Assembly (NCBI GenBank): GCA_965202985.1
Contig: CBDBCF010000001.1
Coordinates: forward strand, 2,752,001 to 2,816,000
DNA length: 64,000 nt
Origin: Longimicrobiales bacterium
GTDB lineage: Bacteria > Gemmatimonadota > Gemmatimonadetes > Longimicrobiales > Gaopeijiaceae
Direction of reading: 5' to 3'
Numbering within the stretch: the stretch's first letter is position 1; each line of letters opens with the position of its first letter. This document shows, piece after piece, positions 59,641-64,000 of this stretch. The notes beneath the pieces were generated by a model, which made no database searches, was not told the origin of the DNA, and saw only the letters and a list, made by a program, of their open reading frames with translations. The translations under genes and the position numbers were made by a program.

Positions 59641-62427
59641 ATGACGAAACGGCAGCGGACCGTCCCGACGGCAGGCGCCGTGATTTCCTTGCTCGCGGCC
59701 GCGGGCTTGGTGTTGGCCGTGCCCGGCCACGTTGCCGCCCAAGGGACGATCGAGGGGCGCGTGAGCGCCGCGGGGACCGGCGCGAGACTGACGGCTGCGC
59801 AAGTATCGTTGACGGATCTTGGCCTGGGCGCCGTCACCGGGCCCCAGGGGCTGTACAGGATCGACGGCGTTCCCGCCGGCACCCACGGCGTCGCGATTCG
59901 CCTCATCGGCTACGGCACCCAGTTGCGCGAGGTGGTCGTGCTCGACGGCGAGACGACCCGCTTGGACGTGGAGCTCTCGCAAGCCGCCGTCGTGCTCGAG
60001 GGGCTGGTGGCGGTGGGGAGCAGGGCCAAGCCCCGGGCGGTCACCGCGTCGCCGGTGCCCGTGGACGCCATCGCCTCGACGGACTTCGCGAATCAGGGAG
60101 ACACGGACCTGAGCAGCCTCCTGCGCAACATCGCCCCGTCGTACAACGTCAACACCCAACCCATCGCGGACGCGGCCACGATCTCCCGGCCCGCGAACCT
60201 GCGCAACTTGGCGCCCGACCACACGCTGGTGCTGGTCAACGGAAAGCGGCGCCACCGGGCCGCTGCGATCGCGTGGTTCGGCAACGGCGTGGCGGACGGC
60301 GCCCAGGGACCGGACATCGCCGTCATCCCGTCGATCGCGCTTCGCCAAGTCGAGATACTGCGTGACGGCGCGTCGGCGCAGTACGGCTCCGACGCCATTG
60401 CCGGCGTCATGAACTTCCAGCTGCGCGACGACCGCTCCGGCGCCAGCCTGGAGGCCCGAACGGGCGCCTACCCCTTCGGTGGGGACGGCCAAGCGTTCAC
60501 GGTGGCCGGCAACGTGGGGCTGCCGCTGGGAGACGCGGGGTTCGCCAACCTCAGCGGCGAGTACGGCAACGCCGGACCCACCAGCCGGAGCGTGCAGCGG
60601 GACGACGCGGCGGCGCTGATCATGGCCGGAAACGCCGACGTGGCGACGCCGTCCCAGGTCTGGGGCTCCCCGGACGTGGCCGACGACGTGAAGCTGTGGG
60701 GGCACTTCGGGACGTTCCTTGGCGACGGCGTTCAGCTCTACGGCCACGGAAACTACGCCGCCAAGACCGTGGTGGGCGGCTTCTTCTTCCGAAACCCCAA
60801 CGAACGGCAGGCGATCTACAGCAACGACCAGGGGCGCACGCTCCTCGTCGCCGACATGCTGGACGCCCAGGACGGCGTGCTGGACGGCTCGGCCGACTGC
60901 CCGGTTGTTCGGATCGTGGGCGGCGTGCCGGACCCGGTCGCCTTCGGGCAGGTGAAGGACGACCCCAACTGCTTCTCGTTCCAGGAGATCCTGCCCGGCG
61001 GCTACACCCCCCAGTTCGGCGCCGACATGCTTGACGGTTCCGTGGTGACCGGCCTGAAGGGCGAGACCGGCTCCGGGATGCTCTGGGACGCCAGCGCCGG
61101 ATTCGGCAGCAACCGACTGGACTTCTTCATCGACCAGACGACCAACGCATCGCTGGGCCCGGCCACGCCGCTCCACTTCGAGCTGGGATCGTACCAGCAG
61201 CAGGAGCTCAACTTCAACGCGGACGTGTCCTACGCGGTCGGCGACGTGGTCAACGTGGCCGGCGGCGGCGAGTGGCGCGACGAGCGCTTCGAGATCGGCG
61301 GCGGCCAGGAAGAGTCCTGGGTGTTCGGACCGTTGGCGGCACAGGGCTTCCGGGCGGCGTCCGACGGCTTTCCCGGCTTCGGCCCTCTGGCCGTGGGCGA
61401 TTGGAGCCGGTCCAACTACGCCTTCTACGGCGACGTGGAGATGCGCGATCCGGACCAGGACCGCTGGACCGTTGGCGGCGCGGTCCGCTTCGAGACCTTC
61501 TCCGACTTCGGGCGCACGTTCAATTACAAGCTGGCGGGACGCTACGGGCTCAGCGACGCTGCGGGGGTGCGGGGCAGCGTCAGCACCGGCTTTCGCGCGC
61601 CCACGCCGGGTCAGCAGAACGCCTTCAACGTGACCACCGAGTTCGACAGGGAGATCAATGCGCCCGTCAACAAGGCCACGATCGCTTCCACCTCGCCCGT
61701 CGCGCGTTTGCGGGGCGGCAAACAGCTGCAGCCGGAGGAATCCGTCAACTTGGCGCTGGGCGCCGTGGTGGGTCTGGACGCGCTGAACCTGACCGTGGAC
61801 TACTTCCGAATCAGCGTGACCCAGCGGATATCGCTGACCCAGGACCTGCGGCTCGCGCCGTCCGAGGTGGAGCAGCTGCTGGCGGAAGGGATCACCGTCG
61901 CGGGAAACGTGCGGGACTTCCGATTCTTCACCAACGACTTCGACACGCGGACGCAAGGCGTGGACATCGTGGCAACCTACGAACCCGAAGCGTTGCGCGG
62001 CACGACCACCTTCACCTTCCTCTTCAACCACACCGACACCGAAGTCACCAGCTTCAGCCCCGACGTCATCGACGCTCGGCGGATTCGGGAGCTCCGGGAA
62101 GCGTTGCCCAAGACCCGCTGGAACTTGTCGGCTCAACATGCGCCCGGCCGCTGGCGCTTCTTGGCACGGCTCAACTACTACGGCGGATGGTACGACTCGG
62201 AGGACGCCCACTTCTACCAAGGCGACGCGACCGCGGACATGGAGGCGGCGTACTCCTTGGGCGAATTCGCCAACGTGGCGGTGGGCGGACGGAACGTGTT
62301 CAACGAGCTCCCGGGCCCGAACCCGCAGGCGGCGTTGGTCGGCAACCCGTACAGCCAGTACTCGCCCTACGGCTTCAACGGGGCGTATTTCTACGTGCGG
62401 ATGAACTACAGGTGGAGCTGGGAGTAG
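59641..62427 (+). CDS. TonB-dependent receptor (paralog 2)
   Basis: RBS AGGAGG; same plug and barrel motifs; ends FYVRMNYRWSWE. Confidence 0.94.
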   Translation: MTKRQRTVPTAGAVISLLAAAGLVLAVPGHVAAQGTIEGRVSAAGTGARLTAAQVSLTDLGLGAVTGPQGLYRIDGVPAGTHGVAIRLIGYGTQLREVVVLDGETTRLDVELSQAAVVLEGLVAVGSRAKPRAVTASPVPVDAIASTDFANQGDTDLSSLLRNIAPSYNVNTQPIADAATISRPANLRNLAPDHTLVLVNGKRRHRAAAIAWFGNGVADGAQGPDIAVIPSIALRQVEILRDGASAQYGSDAIAGVMNFQLRDDRSGASLEARTGAYPFGGDGQAFTVAGNVGLPLGDAGFANLSGEYGNAGPTSRSVQRDDAAALIMAGNADVATPSQVWGSPDVADDVKLWGHFGTFLGDGVQLYGHGNYAAKTVVGGFFFRNPNERQAIYSNDQGRTLLVADMLDAQDGVLDGSADCPVVRIVGGVPDPVAFGQVKDDPNCFSFQEILPGGYTPQFGADMLDGSVVTGLKGETGSGMLWDASAGFGSNRLDFFIDQTTNASLGPATPLHFELGSYQQQELNFNADVSYAVGDVVNVAGGGEWRDERFEIGGGQEESWVFGPLAAQGFRAASDGFPGFGPLAVGDWSRSNYAFYGDVEMRDPDQDRWTVGGAVRFETFSDFGRTFNYKLAGRYGLSDAAGVRGSVSTGFRAPTPGQQNAFNVTTEFDREINAPVNKATIASTSPVARLRGGKQLQPEESVNLALGAVVGLDALNLTVDYFRISVTQRISLTQDLRLAPSEVEQLLAEGITVAGNVRDFRFFTNDFDTRTQGVDIVATYEPEALRGTTTFTFLFNHTDTEVTSFSPDVIDARRIRELREALPKTRWNLSAQHAPGRWRFLARLNYYGGWYDSEDAHFYQGDATADMEAAYSLGEFANVAVGGRNVFNELPGPNPQAALVGNPYSQYSPYGFNGAYFYVRMNYRWSWE

Positions 62428-64000
62428 GGATTCGGGCGGCCGCGGCGTTGTTGGTCGCGGCGCTCCTGGGGGTGCCTTCCGTCGTTTCGGGCCAAGCGCC
62501 CGGCAGGGTCGAGGGCGTGGTGCGGGACGCGGCCACGGGGCGAGCGCTGGCCGGGGCGCAGGTGTCCTTGGCGGAGGCGGGCATGGGCGGCACCGCCGGG
62601 CCGGAGGGACGCTACCAGGTGGACGGCGTGCCGGCGGGCACGCATCAAGTCGAGTTCCACGCGATCGGCTATCGATCGGAGCGCCGGGAGGTCGTGGTCG
62701 CTGCCGGTCGGACCGCGCGGCTGGATGTGCTCATGGCCCCGGCCGCCATTGCCCTGGAGGGCGTGGTGGCCGTGGGAAGTCGAGCCCGTCAGCGAACCGC
62801 GACCGAGTCGATGGTGCCGATCGACGCCATCGCCGCCGCCGACTTCGCCGACCAGGGCGACACGGACTTGGGCGACTTGCTCCGCACGGTGGTGCCGTCG
62901 TACAACGTGAACCCGCAGGCCACCGGCGACGCGGCCCGCATCGTGCGGCCGGCGAACCTTCGTGGGCTGGCGCCCGACCACACCTTGGTCCTGGTCAACG
63001 GCAAGCGGCGCCACAGGGGATCGGTCATTACGTGGATCGGGAACGGCGTGTCCGACGGCGCCCAGGGCGCGGACGTCTCGGCGATCCCCGCTTTGGCGCT
63101 GCGCCAAGCCGAGGTGCTGCGCGACGGAGCGTCGGCCCAGTACGGCTCCGACGCCATTGCGGGCGTGCTGAACTTCCAGCTCAAGGACGCGCCGTCGGGC
63201 GGTGCGCTGGTGGTGCGGGGCGGGCGCTTCGGCGACGGCGGCGGGGAAGGGTACACGGTGTCCGGCAACGTGGGGCTCCCCCTGGGCGAGTCCGGGTTCG
63301 CGAACTTGACCGCCGAGTACGGCGCCTCCGAACCGTCCAGCCGGAGCGTACAGCGGGACGACGCCTTGCTGCTCGTGACCGCCGGCAACCGCCACGTCCG
63401 CGACCCGGCCCAGATCTGGGGCGCGCCCACCGTCGACGACGACCTCAAGCTGTGGGGCAACTTCGGAGGCTTCGCCGGCGAGAGCGTCCAGCTGTACGGC
63501 CACGCCAACTACAACCAGGAACGCGTCGAGGGCGGGTTCTTCTTCCGCAACCCGAACACCAGGGCGGGCGTGTTCAGCTTGGACGGCGGCCAGACGCTGC
63601 TGATCGGCGACGCCTTGGACGCACGGGACGGCGTGGCGGACGGCTCCGCGGGCTGTCCCGTGGTTGCAGTGACCAACGGTCTGCCGGACCCCGAGGCCTT
63701 GGCCCTAGTCTTTGCCGATCCGAACTGCTTCTCCTTCCAGGAAATGTTCCCCGGCGGCTTCACGCCCCAGTTCGGCGGAGACGCCAGCGACGGCTCCGTG
63801 GTCGTGGGCGCGAAGGGACAGGCCGGCCGGCTGGCTTGGGACGCCAGCGCCAGCATCGGCTTCAACCAAGTGGACTACTACATCTACAACACGGTCAACG
63901 CCTCGCTGGGACCGGACACGCCCTCCGAGTTCGACCCCGGCGCCAACCGGCAACAGGACGCCAGCGTGAACATGGACTTGGGCTACGCCGCCAGCGATCT
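62412..64000 (+). CDS. TonB-dependent receptor (paralog 3), runs off the window end
   Basis: Missing from the ORF track (no stop in window); hand translation gives VELGVGIRAAAALLVAALLG...VVAVGSR...LVLVNGKRRH...YGSDAIAGVLN. Confidence 0.9.
   Translation, partial: MELGVGIRAAAALLVAALLGVPSVVSGQAPGRVEGVVRDAATGRALAGAQVSLAEAGMGGTAGPEGRYQVDGVPAGTHQVEFHAIGYRSERREVVVAAGRTARLDVLMAPAAIALEGVVAVGSRARQRTATESMVPIDAIAAADFADQGDTDLGDLLRTVVPSYNVNPQATGDAARIVRPANLRGLAPDHTLVLVNGKRRHRGSVITWIGNGVSDGAQGADVSAIPALALRQAEVLRDGASAQYGSDAIAGVLNFQLKDAPSGGALVVRGGRFGDGGGEGYTVSGNVGLPLGESGFANLTAEYGASEPSSRSVQRDDALLLVTAGNRHVRDPAQIWGAPTVDDDLKLWGNFGGFAGESVQLYGHANYNQERVEGGFFFRNPNTRAGVFSLDGGQTLLIGDALDARDGVADGSAGCPVVAVTNGLPDPEALALVFADPNCFSFQEMFPGGFTPQFGGDASDGSVVVGAKGQAGRLAWDASASIGFNQVDYYIYNTVNASLGPDTPSEFDPGANRQQDASVNMDLGYAASD

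Overview
High-GC (roughly 70% by eye) bacterial chromosome segment from a diderm. The gene content (secreted amidohydrolases, tandem TonB-dependent receptors, cadherin-rich giant surface proteins, several genes decayed by deletion) suggests a Gemmatimonadota-like, possibly sponge-associated organism; this is inference only. Left part: TRAP transporter, gpmI, an EEP-family hydrolase, a lower-GC beta-propeller cassette, two propeller-amidohydrolases, arginase, an AAA-ATPase/nuclease and an ABC-F protein. Centre (19.7-40.7 kb): two paralogous, oppositely oriented autotransporter-like adhesins (19 versus 3 copies of a ~120-aa repeat, then 5 cadherin domains, 1 Ig-like domain and a beta-barrel). 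They flank a Rid gene, SDR and IS remnants and a SAM-I riboswitch-metX-metB operon. The larger adhesin is preceded by two 20-nt poly-C tracts, each one base away from fusing an upstream ATG into frame, which looks like a two-step phase-variation switch; an orphan IS end lies just beyond its 3' end. Right part: higBA, ADP-ribosylglycohydrolase, DUF1684, an NCS2 permease with an extra C-terminal domain, a cytochrome c/peptidase/amidohydrolase operon, tRNA-Val, a K+-channel homologue and three tandem TonB-dependent receptors. Start codons were chosen by eye and product calls rest on recognised motifs, not database searches.
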